The translations under genes and the position numbers were made by a program. From the NCBI RefSeq assembly GCF_006345805.1, contig NC_043023.1, positions 10,602,001 through 10,666,000 on the forward strand: DNA of 64,000 nucleotides. The letters are read 5' to 3'. This DNA is from Octopus sinensis. Its lineage: Eukaryota. Every line of letters starts with the position of its first letter. Position 1 is the stretch's first letter. The notes under the pieces are model-generated. The model ran no database searches. It saw only the letters and a list, made by a program, of their open reading frames with translations, and was not told the DNA's origin. This document shows, piece by piece, positions 11,271-24,199 of the stretch.

Positions 11271-11903
11271 GGAATAGATTCATTTCCCAAGTTACAGACA
11301 TTGTTTATGAGTTTTATTTTTCAAGCACAACATCCAAATTTTGAAAGTTTCTACTACCATAACAAATGCATCTGTGTCTCACCAAGAAGTTTATAAAGAG
11401 CAAAGAAATGCTTCTCAGTAAACAACTCTAGACTTGTTTCTTGTGAATAAGTGGTCATGTCTACAAATGATGGTGTCCCTGAGTCTTTTCAAAGCGATTC
11501 AGAAAACAATTATAATAATAATATTTTATCTATTCTAAATGATCTTGACATTGTTTTTGACTTTACATAAAATATTCTTTACATTCTACTGTTGTTTTAT
11601 TGTCATTTATTTACAAGTATTATAAATTTTATTGGTAAAATATTTTTGTAGGAATGAATTACAATTTATTACATTGCTTCTATGGGAAATTATTGCTTTG
11701 CTTTATGAGTTTTCCCTTTAGGAGCAATCTCCAGGAAGAAATTAACTCATATATCAAAGCATTATTGTCTCTGACATTATTTTGGCACAAGGCCAGCAAT
11801 TTCAGGGGAAGGAGTAAGTTGAATAACCACATGGATCAGCATGTGTGCTTTTTACATGAACTAGGACAAATGCTTCTTACAGGGAGTGGCATTGCACGAT
11901 ATA

Positions 11904-12301
11904 TCTATATATATAAAGCTGAAGTTGTCTGTGTGTGTGGCAGGTTTTGCAGCCTTCAACTAACACTATCTCTACCGAGACACTTTAGCGCAAGTTGACC
12001 AAAATTGAGAGGATGATAAAAGAAGGCTTGCTCTTCCTTCCGTAGAAGAAAAAATTCAAATCGCACCATGTCATCACCAAACATTATTTATATCAATCAG
12101 ATGCTTTTTATCTACGAAAATCCCTACTTTTTACGATTCTTTGACTGCTGTCTCGTCATTTTTCAGTGTATTTCAACCAGAAAAATGTTCACTTAAAGAG
12201 AATAACAAGCTACATAATGCAAAACTTTTACTTTTCTAAAATTCCAATTCTAAAGGGTCGAAAAGAAAACAAACTCGAGCAACACTGGGTGATACTTCTC
12301 G
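11904..12301 (+). mobile_element. Non-autonomous Helitron-like element (unit B copy)
   Basis: Paralog of 2013-2508 with the terminal CTAG decayed to CTCG. It is followed directly by another TCTCTATTTATAAAAC Helitron-like 5' end at about 12304. Confidence 0.65.
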
Positions 12302-12955
12302 TATATCTCTATTTATAAAACTGAAAAAAAGTTTGTTTGACTCGACCACTTGGATCACTTTCAAGGCCACTACAACCCGTCAGATTAACTCCAAAAATTA
12401 CAGGGACATATAAAATGAAGTGACGATGCCCGTGGGTTACGTTAGAAATCCCTATCTTAAAAGGTGTCGTTGCTAGGACCAAAAACCCACTTTGACAAGT
12501 CTACTCCCATTCTTTTACGTATCTGTCTTTCTCACTCACGCTATTTCCTCCCTTTCCTGTCTAACTCCCCTTCACATACCCTTTATAACTATGTCTGCAC
12601 TCATAGAGAGAATTATCATCGCCACCACCAATACAATCATGAGAACAAATATGAATCAGATATTTATTGTGTTCATTTATATATGTGTGTGTTCGATATA
12701 TAAATATGTATATATAATGTATATATCTGTATTTATGTATATTAAACTTTTTAATACTTTTTGATAGTTATATTTTTAAACAAATTATAAATATAATTTA
12801 ATAATTTTTATTTTAAATTTTAATAGTTTAAATTTTTAAATTTTATATTTTCTATATTTTCTATATTATATTTTTATTTTCATGTTTTTGTTTTGGGTTT
12901 TTCACTGTTTCATTTGCCTATTAGTGGTTTTTTATCTAATTTAATTTATATATAT

Positions 12956-15472
12956 CGTCATCATCATCATCATTTAGCGTCCGTTTTCCATGCTAGCATG
13001 GGTTGGACGGTTTAACTGGGGCCTGTGAAGCCGGAAGGCTTCATCAGGCCCAGTCAGATTTGGCAGTGTTTCTACGGCTGGATGCCCTTCCTGACGCCAA
13101 CCACTCCGTGAGTGTTGTGGGTGCTTTTTACGTGCCACCTGCACAGGTGCCAGACAGAGCTGGCAAACGACCACGAACGGATGGTGCTTTTACGTGCCAC
13201 CGGCACGGGGCCCCGGCGACGCTGGCAACGGACACGAACGGATGGTGCTTTTACGTGCATGGGGTCCAGGCGAAGCTGGCAACGGACACGAACGGATGGT
13301 GCTTTTACGTGCATGGGGTCCAGGCGAAGCTGGCAACGGACACGAGTGGATGGTGCTTTTACGTGCCAACGGCATGGGGGCCAGGTGAGGCTGGCAATGG
13401 ACAAACGATTGGATGGTTCGCTTAACCACAGCTGCAATTTCCACTGATGTTAATTTGGTTTGATTTTGACTGTCCTCACTGGTCTTGCCGGGTCTTCTCA
13501 TCCACAGCATACTTCCATAGGTCTTGGTCTCTAGACATTTCCTTGGTGAGACCTAAAGTTCGAAGGTTGTGCTTCACCACCTCGTCCCAGGTTTTCCTGG
13601 GTCTACCTCTTCCACAGGTTCCCTCAAATGCTAGAGTGTGGCACATTTGCACACAACTATCTTCACCCATACTCGTCACATGCCCATACCAGCGCAGACG
13701 TCTCTCTTGCACACCACAACTGATGCTTCTTAGGTCCAACTTTTCTCTCAAGGTACTTACACTCTGTCGATTATGAACACTGACATTACACATCCATCGG
13801 AGCATACTGGCTTCATTTCTTGCGAGCTTACGCATATCCTCAGCAGTCACAGCCCATGTTTCACTACCATGTAGCATGGCTGTACATACACATACAGTCT
13901 GCCTTTAACTCTGAGCGAGAGGCCTTTTGTCACTAGCAGGGGTAAGAGCTCTCTAAACTTTGCCCAGGCTATTCTTACTCTAGCAGTTACACTTTCAGCA
14001 CACCCACCCCCGCTACTGACTTGGACACTTAGGTAGCGGAAGCTATCAACTACTTCTAGTTTTTCTCCCTGGAACTAGGTAGACGTTGGTCTCTGCACAT
14101 TTTCAGTGTTTATTGCTCCTGAGCATCTGCCACAGACAAAAACTATTTACCTAGTTAGCCTTCCTTTGACATTGCTACACCTCTTATGTGTCCATAGCTT
14201 GCACTTGGTGCACCTTATAGAGTTTCTACCTACACCTTTTTTACAGATCGAGCAGGGCCATCTACCTGAAGGCGTTTGTGACTTGTCTACTTTCCTACTT
14301 ATTAGGACTTTGGTTTTGGCTAGATTGATTCTGAGGCCCTTCGATTCTAGACCTTGCTTCCACACCTGAAACTTCTCCTCCAGTTCTGATAGTGACTCAG
14401 CAATTAGAGCAAGGTCATCAGCATAGAGGAGCTCCCAGGGGTATCCTGTCTTGAATTCCTCCTTTATTGCCTGGAGGACTATGATAAATAGGAGGGGACT
14501 GAGGACTGAACCTTGGTGGACCCCAACCTCTACCCGGAATTCTTCACTGTACTCGTTGCCAACCCTCACCTTACTAGCAGCGTCTCTGTACAGCTCTAAC
14601 TAACCATTCATCTATCCCTACTTTCCTCATTGACCACCAGATAAGGGATCGGGGGACCCTGTCAAAGGCTTTCTCCATGTCAACAAAAGCCAGGTACAGG
14701 GGCTTATCTTTGGCTAGGTATTTCTCCTGCAGCTGTCTTACCAGGAATATAGCATCAGTAGTACTTCTCCCTGGCACAAACCCAAACTGCATCTCATCTA
14801 AGCTAATTCTCTCTCTAATTAGTTGGGCTATAACCCTCTCCGTAACCTTCATTACCTGATCCAGCAGCTTGATACCCCTGTAGTTATTTGTATCTAGGGC
14901 GTCACCTTTACCTTTGTAGTAGTTGACTAGTATGCTGCTACACCAGTCATTGGGTATGACTCCTTCGTGTATCACCTAGTTAACTATACAGGTGAGTAGG
15001 CTATAGCCGACACTACCAGATATTTTGAGCATCTCTGCAGTAATACCTGATGGGCCTGGGGCTTTCTCTGTTTTCATGCTTGTAATTGCCAAAACTACTA
15101 AGGAACTGTCAACTCGGATTGCTGGTCCCTCTGTTGGGTCGACATTCGGCAGACTCTCTTTATCCCATTCATTTTCCTCATTCAGCAATCTTTCATAGTA
15201 GCGTCTCCAAACCTCTCTCTTTGCATCCACATTTAGCGCAAGTGAACCGTCATCCTTGCGAACGCATTTCTCTCCTACCACGTCACGATTCTCTCTCACA
15301 CACTGTCTTGCAACACGAAATACCTCAAGTCTTTCATCCTCCCGGCGCAGGACATTGCCAAATTTTTTCTTATCTGCTTCCCCTCTGGCTAAATACACCT
15401 GCCTCCTAGCTTCCCTTCTGGCAGTCTGATACACTTCCCTGCTACCACCGTTCTTCCAGTCCTTCCAAGCCT
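12956..15472 (-). mobile_element. 5'-truncated, decayed RTE-clade LINE
   Basis: RT motifs in four broken ORFs: NYRGIKLL, QFGFVPGRSTTDAIF, AFVDMEKAFDRVP, GVHQGSVLSPLLF, LLYADDL, FRYL, then RGRPRKTW. The 3' UTR has a 40-60 bp VNTR and a (GAT)n tail. Both ends abut TA repeats. Confidence 0.92.
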
Positions 15473-16336
15473 TATATATATATAATTTGTATATATAATG
15501 CATGCACACACACATATATATACATATATATATATATATAATGTGTGCATTATGTGGTCGGTCGGTTGAGCTGAAAATATGCACACCTATGTTAAAAGTG
15601 CTGGCAAGTTTGCATGACAAATATTCTTTTCCTCAAATGAAAGGCGTGACCTCTAGGACAAAATTCCTCATCTTATAAAATGTGGCCCCAGTAGACCCGA
15701 ATGAAATCAGGTTATATTAACCAAAATGTGAAAAGGGGTCTAAATGGGGCTGAAAGGGGATTAAAATTTAAAGGAGCGGGTGTTTAGGAATTCTCTGTTA
15801 CATCAAGCTAAAAAATTTGTGCCAGCCTTTTAATCGTCAATGTGTTGCCGTCCACGATGAAGAAGTTTTGAATGCTTGCCATAGTGAGTCTACTGTCATG
15901 AGAAAGAATCACTTAAAAAATTGGTGTTTACCAATCTTCTTTTGCATGAAGTCCAAAATTTTACGCCAGCCTTTAAACTGTCAATATGTTGCTGTCCGTC
16001 GTTAAGAAATGCCAGCCATGGTGACTCTACTATCCTCAGATTCTATCCCTTCAAACTTTGGTTTCCAATATTTTATTATTTTTATTCAGCTCGCAAGTTC
16101 GTCTGTCCCTTTTAAATGTTAGTGTTTTGCTGTCTGCCTTGAAGCAGACCTTTCCGTTGCCACTGCCTGATATTTATGATTGATCTTTCTAAATATTTTA
16201 TTTCTCAACTTACTCAAGATCTTTTGTTGTTTATAAATGGGAGAGAGATAGATAGAGAGTAAGAGAAAGCGAGGGAGAGTCCAAGAGAAAAGAAATATAA
16301 GAGAGTGGGAAAATGAGAGAGAAACAAAGAGGGAGA

Positions 16337-16642
16337 ATCATCATCATGGTTTAACGTCCGTTTTCCGTGCTAGCACGGGTTGGACAGTTTGCCCGGGGTC
16401 TAGGAAGCCAGGAGGCTACACCAGGCTCCAGTTTGATCTGGCAGTGTTTCTACTGGTGGATGACCTTCCTAACGCCAATCACTCTGTGAATGTGGTGAGT
16501 GCTTTTTTCGTGCCGCCAGCAGAGGTGCCAGGGGGGCTCGCTGCGGCAACAGTCGGTTGGTGCTTTTTTCGTGCCACCGGCACAGAAGCTAGTCAAGGCG
16601 GCGCTACAATGCGCCACGTTCGGATGGTGCTTTTTACGTGCT
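16337..16642 (-). mobile_element. RTE-type 3' tail fragment
   Basis: Reverse complement of the ...CCAACCCGTGCTAGCACGGAAAACGGACGTTAAA(CC)ATGATGATG terminus plus VNTR units. Confidence 0.7.
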
Positions 16643-17394
16643 GAAAGGAAGCAACAGAAAGTAACAAATATATATATGAAGCTATTATGTTACTTCTCAT
16701 ATATATTTGAAGGTGCATGGCTCAATCGTGAGTTCAATTCCCGTCATCTTCATAACATTGAACAATGTTAAAGGTTAAAGGGTCAAAGCGAAATGCAGAC
16801 ACATTTTCTCTACAAAACTACTTTAAAACGTTTTCCAATGGATGAATGACGAAACGTATTAATCTGGTTTCTGCCCTAAATATTCTGGTAAAGTAAGGAT
16901 GCATCTTGTACACCAGCAAATACTCAGTGAAGTGCAAGTAAATCAGTTGGCCAAAAGATTGACTCCTCGTTGTGAAAGAACGGAGATCCACCACCGTTAT
17001 AAGCCTATGAAGCCATCTAAAGATCGAATGCTTCTTTTTCCCGTAATTAGGCTCATGCCCTTGCTTATCTCCCTTTACTCACTAATTTTCCTTATCGTCT
17101 TTCAATGAATTAATACCAACACAAATTTCTCTCAGATCTAATCCCTTCCTCTAATCAATGCTGGAATTTTTTTTAGTAACAATCTTCCTCTGAATATTAT
17201 ATGGAGCTGTTTTCTTTTCATTTCGTTTTCTACGCACTTTTTATAGGTACTACTAGCGAACAGTGGTCCCGGTGCGCTCACACGCACATGGGTCTTTTTA
17301 GCAAGCACAGCAAACGTTCGCATTTTCCAAAGGTGACATATTACTAATTGGTCAGTCATTCGTGGAAGTTGCTTTTGATATAATTGTTTCTTAA

Positions 17395-17608
17395 GGCGGC
17401 GAGCTGGCAGAATCGTTAGCACGCCGGGCGGAATACCTGGCCGTATTTCGTCTGTTTTTTATGTTCTGAGTTCAAATTCCGCCGAGGTCGACTTTGCCTT
17501 TCATCCTTGCGGGGTCGATAATTTAAGTACCAGTTGCGTACTGTGATCGATCTAATCGACTGCCCCTCTTACCCCAAATTTCTGGCCATGTGCCTAGAGT
17601 AGAAAAGG
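17395..17608 (+). mobile_element. SINE family C (unit C upstream block)
   Basis: Near-identical to 5188-5400. Confidence 0.75.
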
Positions 17609-18581
17609 ATATAATTGTTACCTCAGTTACCTGCTAGAAGCAAAGTTGTTATTAATAGACTTAATATTGGGGGTGTGGGGGAGATTAGTATCAACCTCTC
17701 TTTTCGATGGATTTTTATTTTTATTCCGAAGCAATGAAAGGTAAAATTGACAGAATTATAATTATATATATATATATATACACACAGGAGCAAAATGCCC
17801 TCCCTCCCCGTCCAAGGACGGTGATGAGTTGTCAAACATTTAAACCAAATTTTCTCAAGACAACTTGTCCGACCGCTCCATAGGCCTCCCCTTTGAGAAA
17901 CACTGATTTAACCTAAATTAGGGACACCAGCAAAAGAAGAAATAAAGATAGACTTTTTTTCTATTCCAAAGAAAAAACGATTTTATTCGCAAAAATATGC
18001 AACCGAAGAGTTTAAAGTACCAGTAATTATAAGGCTGTTGACTGGGAGAACACAAACATGGTTTAAACAGTTCTTTTCATTAAAAAATAATTAAGCATGC
18101 CTATATTTTAATAAAACTTTTGGTTTTGTTAAACAAAGTTAAGGCAAAGAAAAAAAAACTTCTTCAGAAACCAAATAGTCTCTCCTTCCTTCATGCCAAG
18201 TTTGAAGAAAATATCTCTTTTGCATCTTACATTTTTGGTCTCTTAGATATACTGCATTTTGTGGCATTATTTCAAGCCAGCCGGCACAAACTGCATGTGC
18301 ATTTTTCTTGCGTACGTGTAGTATCGATCACAACAGATGATGTACTTGCGCATATAAATGCACGTTCCCATCGCTTTATCGATCGTATTCTCACCTGGAA
18401 TCGATTTTTGTAATTTTTTCAAGACTTATACACGTCCTGATACCTTCGGCATCTACATATCGAATTAGGCTGCAATCAGATTGAGGATGCCCGAGATCCT
18501 AGAGGACACACAGACAGACAGAACAGATTTTATATTATAAATATATATACGTATATACGTATGTATATATATATATATATA

Positions 18582-18858
18582 TTAGAAAAACTACCTTTTA
18601 TCAATTCAAAATGAACAATTAAATTACACCATCTAGAAAATTACATATAATAGAAATATTAAAATTAAAATAACCATAAAATATCCATGATTAAGTAAAT
18701 TGCAAAAAAATAATAAGAACATATATAATGGGTAGAATAACGACACGTCATTGATATTTTATTGTTATTTTAATTTTAATAATTCTATTATATGTAATTT
18801 TCTAGATGGTGTAATTTAATTGTTCATTTTGAATTGATAAAAGGTGGTTTTTTTCTAA
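18582..18858. mobile_element. Foldback/MITE-like element (unit C copy)
   Basis: Same inverted arms and TA flanks as 6859-7138. Confidence 0.75.
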
Positions 18859-20289
18859 TTTTTCATATATATATATATATATATATTATATTGTGAAATT
18901 TGATTTAGTATTTCTAAATTGAATTTTTTTCCTTGTGAGTTTGGATTTATATTCCCTCAAATAATTTTTATATGTATGTATATATATATATCATGGTGAT
19001 CTGTATAAGGGGCATCTATACTGCTTTGCATAAAAGACACCCATACATGTACCATGTGAGAATATCTCAACACAGTCTCTAAAGTGGTTGGCGTTAAGAA
19101 GAGTGTCCAGCTGTAGAAAGCAATCTAAATCAGGCAGGAACTGGGGGCAGCACCCCTGTTTGCCAGCCCAGGTCAAACCAACCAACCCAGGGAAGCATGG
19201 TAAATGGACATTAAATGTAAAAAGCTGTGCCAAAACTGACCTTGCCTGTGATCTTGCCACTTAAAATGTAGTCAATACACTCTGTAGTATGGTTGGTGTT
19301 AGGAAGAGCATCCAGCTGTAAAAGCTGAGCCAAAACAGACACACAAGTCTGGGGCAGTCTTCTGACTGACCACCTCCTACCAAACCATCCAACAGATACT
19401 GGTATTGAAGGCAGACATTAAATGAAGGGGATCAGGAAACGAGAATCCTGGCAGTTTGCTGTGTTTGAAAAGACACATCAAGCTAAGTAAAAGCATGGTT
19501 GCCCTTGCATACAAGCTTGTCCCTTGCGACCCCCTCCAGCTGAGCATCCCTAATCCTGCAGGCTCATGGGTGCTGATACCACGTAAAAAGCACCCAGTAC
19601 ATTGTGTGAAGGGTTTGTGTTAGAAAGGGCATCCAGCAATAGAAACTATTTTAAGATAGAGATGGGGCCTGATCAGCCCTTCAGCTGGTTAGCTCCTTTC
19701 AAACCATTCAACCCATGCCAGTGTCTAAAATGGAATTTAAATGATGATGAAGTAATAATTTTAAATTTGTATATAGACATTGCAGTATGCCATTTAAAGC
19801 CTGCTCACTGTATTTGGCTATCTGATGTCATCAACAATATGGATTTAAATGACAATGGATTTACTGTAGGAATTCCTTCATGTCCATAGAGTTTAAACAA
19901 TGAAAGGAAAGGAAATAGAATTTACAAGTCTATGATACTCTGTGATCATTGCAACCCATCATGCATCATTGCCTTGCAGGTGTGTCTTGTCAGGTGTGCT
20001 TTGTCAGGTGACTTGTCAAAAGGTACCACATAATTTAATTTCTGTTTTCCGTTTTTGGATTAGAATTCTTTCGGGTAGTTCGAATGTGTCAAGCATTTTT
20101 CAGTTCCCATCTACCACATCCTCTCACAAGGCTTTGTTTGGCCACTCTGGGACTGAACCCAGGACCATGTGGTTGGGAAGCCAACATCTTACCACACAAC
20201 CATCCCTGCACTTCTATAGCCATGTCTATATAAAAATGTAGTAAAACTCTCACTGTTTTAATCTCTCTAATTCCGAATTATCTTGTATG

Positions 20290-20423
20290 TTTTACACTGT
20301 TGTTTCTCTTTCGTTTCAGATTATCAGATGACATCTGCTTCACAAGAGTATTATATAAGCAACGTCATTAGAATGGAAAGTCTTTTGAAGACTGAGCAAA
20401 GATGTTATACAAAACACGTATAA
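20290..20423 (+). other. Putative 3' splice site and 31-codon short ORF (unit C)
   Basis: AG 20318-20319. ATG 20328 to TAA 20423 encodes MTSASQEYYISNVIRMESLLKTEQRCYTKHV. Confidence 0.55.
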
Positions 20424-20910
20424 CCCTGTTTCTATAAATATTTACTGAATTACTGCAAAATATATCTTCTGAACTGACATATGTTATGAAATTTCTCTTC
20501 TTTATTGTCTGGAGTACACAGAAAATTATATTTGTATTTGAATTAATCCTTTAGCATTTGAACTGGCCGTATCAGTCCCAAACGTTCAAGCTATTTTATG
20601 TTAAAACTGCCCACATCTGGCCTCTTATACTCACCTGGCAATGTCATATAAACATAAAGAATAACATCGTTGAAATCTTAAAGCAATAAGATAATGAATG
20701 ATTAATTCAGAAGAATTTGAATAAATAATCATTACATTCGACAGAGTAATCTGCGTGTTAATGAGAAGTAATTAAGAAGGCAGTTTGCAGCATCTTCAGA
20801 TATTAACAAAGATCACTATTGATGGAGATATATCAGTAGAAATATTTGTTCAGAGCAATATACGAGAAGAAGGAAAACCTTTGTGTACTGTGACGAGAGA
20901 AAGGAAAATT

Positions 20911-22788
20911 ATGGAAAATGAATTATATCGGAGTGAAGTTGAATGTAAAAGAGAGTCTGAAGAAATTGATTTTTCTGATGAGGAGAAGAATGAAAAGGGC
21001 AAAACAGCATTTGATTGTGATATCTGTGGCAAGTCGTTCTCTCGGAAAGCTAAGTTAGTCATTCACGAACGTACTCATACAGGAGAAAAACCATATCACT
21101 GTGAAATCTGTGGTAAATCTTTCTCTCGAAACGAAAACTTAACTAGGCACAAGAGTGGTGTTCACACTGGAGAAGCACCATATCACTGTGAAATCTGTGA
21201 CAAATCGTTTTCTCAAAACGAAACCTTAACCAAGCACAGGCGTGTTCATACAGGAGAAAAACCATATAACTGTGAAATCTGTGGTAAATCTTTCTCTCGA
21301 AACGATACCTTAACCAAGCACAAGCGTGTTCATACAGGAGAAAAACTATATCACTGTGATATCTGTGGTAAAATATTATCTCAGAAAGGTAGCTTAGTCA
21401 CTCACCGACGTATTCATACAGGAGAAAGGTCATATCACTGTGATATCTGTGGTAAAATATTATCTCAGAAAGGTAGCTTAGTCACTCACCGACGTATTCA
21501 TACAGGAGAGAAGTCATATCACTGTGACGTTTGTGGTAAATCATTTTTTGATATTCATCATTTAACTACTCACAAACGCATTCATACAGGTGAGAAGCCA
21601 TATCGCTGTGATATCTGTGATATATCATTCTCTCAAAGTTATAACTTAACTAGGCACAAATACATTCATACAGGAGAAAAACCATATCACTGTGATATCT
21701 GTGGTAAATCCTTCTCTGAAATTAGTAAAGTAACTATTCACAAGCGTGTTCATACAGGAGAAAAACCATGTCACTGTGATATCTGTGGTAAATCATTCTT
21801 TGATAATAGTTACTTAACTAGACACATACGTATTCACACTGGTGAAAAGCCATATCAGTGTGATATCTGTGGTAAATCTTTCTCTGAAACTAGTACGTTA
21901 ACAATGCACAAGCGTACTGTTCACACAGGAGAGAAACCATATCACTGTGATATCTGTGGTGTATCATTCTCTCAAAACGATCACTTGACTATTCATAAAT
22001 GCATTCACACAGGAGAGAAACCATATCACTGTGAAGTCTGTGGTAAATCCTTTTCTCGAAACGATCACTTAACCATGCACAGGCGTGTTCATACAGGAGA
22101 AAAACCATATCACTGTGAAATCTGTGACAAATCTTTCTCTCAAAATGATCACTTAACCATGCACAAGCGTGTTCATACAGGAGAAAAACGATATCACTGT
22201 GATATCTGTGGTAAAATATTATCTCAGAAAGGTAGCTTAGTCACTCACCGACGTATTCATACAGGAGAGAAGTCATATCACTGTGATGTTTGTGGTAAAT
22301 CATTTTTTGATATTCATCATTTAACTACTCACAAACGCATTCTTACAGGTGAGAAGCCATATCGCTGTGATATCTGTGATATATCATTCTCTCAAAGGTA
22401 TAACTTAACTAGGCACAAATACATTCATACAGGAGAAAAACCATATCACTGTGATATCTGTGGTAAATCCTTTTCTCTAAACGATCACTTAACCAAGCAC
22501 AAGCGTGATCATACAGGAGAAAAACCATATCACTGTGAAATCTATGGTAAATCTTTTTCTCAAAACGATACCTTAACTATGCACAGGCGTGTTCATACAG
22601 GAGAAAAACCATATCACTGTGAAATCTGTGGTAAGTCTTTCTCTCGAAATGATACCTTAACCAAGCACAAGCATGTTCATACAGGAGAAAAACCATATCA
22701 TTGTGAAATCTGTGGTAAGTCTTTCTCTCGAAACGATACCTTAACCAAGCACAAGCATGTTCATACAGACAGAGAACACATTTCATGA
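20911..22788 (+). CDS. C2H2 zinc-finger protein, unit C (625 aa from ATG, 21 finger repeats)
   Basis: Uninterrupted ORF from [12 protein letters not shown] to HTDREHIS*. Fingers 16 (last His to Leu) and 19 (second Cys to Tyr) are degenerate. The frame is also open 126 nt upstream of the ATG. Confidence 0.93.
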   Translation: MENELYRSEVECKRESEEIDFSDEEKNEKGKTAFDCDICGKSFSRKAKLVIHERTHTGEKPYHCEICGKSFSRNENLTRHKSGVHTGEAPYHCEICDKSFSQNETLTKHRRVHTGEKPYNCEICGKSFSRNDTLTKHKRVHTGEKLYHCDICGKILSQKGSLVTHRRIHTGERSYHCDICGKILSQKGSLVTHRRIHTGEKSYHCDVCGKSFFDIHHLTTHKRIHTGEKPYRCDICDISFSQSYNLTRHKYIHTGEKPYHCDICGKSFSEISKVTIHKRVHTGEKPCHCDICGKSFFDNSYLTRHIRIHTGEKPYQCDICGKSFSETSTLTMHKRTVHTGEKPYHCDICGVSFSQNDHLTIHKCIHTGEKPYHCEVCGKSFSRNDHLTMHRRVHTGEKPYHCEICDKSFSQNDHLTMHKRVHTGEKRYHCDICGKILSQKGSLVTHRRIHTGEKSYHCDVCGKSFFDIHHLTTHKRILTGEKPYRCDICDISFSQRYNLTRHKYIHTGEKPYHCDICGKSFSLNDHLTKHKRDHTGEKPYHCEIYGKSFSQNDTLTMHRRVHTGEKPYHCEICGKSFSRNDTLTKHKHVHTGEKPYHCEICGKSFSRNDTLTKHKHVHTDREHIS

Positions 22789-23150
22789 GGAATAGATTCA
22801 TTTCCCAAGTTACAGACATTGTTTATGAGTTTTATTTTTCAAGCACAACATCCAAATTTTGAAAGACTCTACTACCATAACAAATGCATCTGTGTCTTAC
22901 CAAGAAGTTTATAAAGAGCAAAGGAATGCTTCTCAGTAAAATGCTCTAGACTTGTTTCTTGTGAATCAGTGGTCACGTCTACAAATGATGGTGTCCCTGA
23001 GTCTTTTCAAAGCGATTCAGAAAACAATTATAATAATAATATTTTATCTATTCTAAATGATCTTGACATTGTTTTTGACTTTACATAAAATATTCTTTAC
23101 ATTCTACTGTTGTTTTATAGTCATTTATTTACAAGTATTATAAATTTTAT

Positions 23151-23521
23151 ACTCTTTACTCTTTGACTTGTTTTAGTCATTTGACTGTGGCCATGCTAGA
23201 GCACTGCCTTTAGTCGACCCTAGGACTTATTGTATCAGTCTCCTTTGCCGAACTGCTAGGTTACAGGGACGTAAACACACCAGCATCGGTTGTCAAGCAA
23301 TGTTGGGTGGACAAACACAGACACACAAACATACACACACATACATATACATATATACGACGGGCTTCTTTCAGTTTCCATCTACCAAATCCACTCACAA
23401 GGCTTTGGTCGACCTGGGGCTATAGTAGAAGACACTTGCCCAAGGTGCCACGCAGTGGGACTGAACCTGGAACCATGTCGTTGATAAACAAGCTACTTAC
23501 CACACAGCCACTCCTATGCCT
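23151..23521 (-). mobile_element. SINE family A, insertion specific to unit C 3' flank
   Basis: Reverse-complement copy interrupting TATAAATTTTAT|TGGTAAAATATT, which is continuous in the other units. Confidence 0.8.
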
Positions 23522-24199
23522 ATAGGTAAAATATTTTTCTAGGAATGGATTACAATTTATAACATTGCTTCTATGGGAAATGATTGCTTTGCTTTATGAG
23601 TTTTCACTTCAGGAGCAGTCTCCAGGGAGAAATTAGCTCAAATATCAAGGCATTATTGTATCTGCCATACATGGCTCAGTGGTTAGAGCGTTAAGCCCAC
23701 AATCGTGAGTTCAGTTTCTGAACCTCACTGGTTCAGCATGGCTTAGCAGATGGGTGCAGGTTTATAATTTTACCGAAGAGTAGGTTAGTCGATTCCATTG
23801 AACGCCATTGTTCAACAGGTATTTATTTTGTTGGCACCCAAAAGGATGAAAGGCAATCTCAACCTTGGCAGAATATGATCTCAGAATATAAAAACAGATG
23901 AAGTTCCACTATTTGATGTGATATCTGATCTCTGTGAATTTGCTAAGATTTTTTCTTCCCCCACTTCATTTTTTTCAACCTCATTGTTTTGAAAATCTTT
24001 AATACTGATGCGAGATGAATATCTGTTTTTAGTTGATGAGTAGTGAATCAGAATTTGTTGCTCGAAGACATAGAAAAAGAATCACTACATTCAGCAAAAG
24101 CAAAATCAACATAGTGTTTGTGCCAAGGAATTGCGTATTTCTGTTTCTGAAAGTGAAAGTGATTCACACAATAACTCTAATGGTGACAAGATAAATTTT

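Noticed and set aside
20785-20910. TTG/GTG-initiated N-terminal extensions (also 9623, 31641, 41003, 55954)
   Set aside because: Artefact of alternative-start ORF calling in a eukaryote. The extension is broken in B and G, so ATG of MENEL was used.
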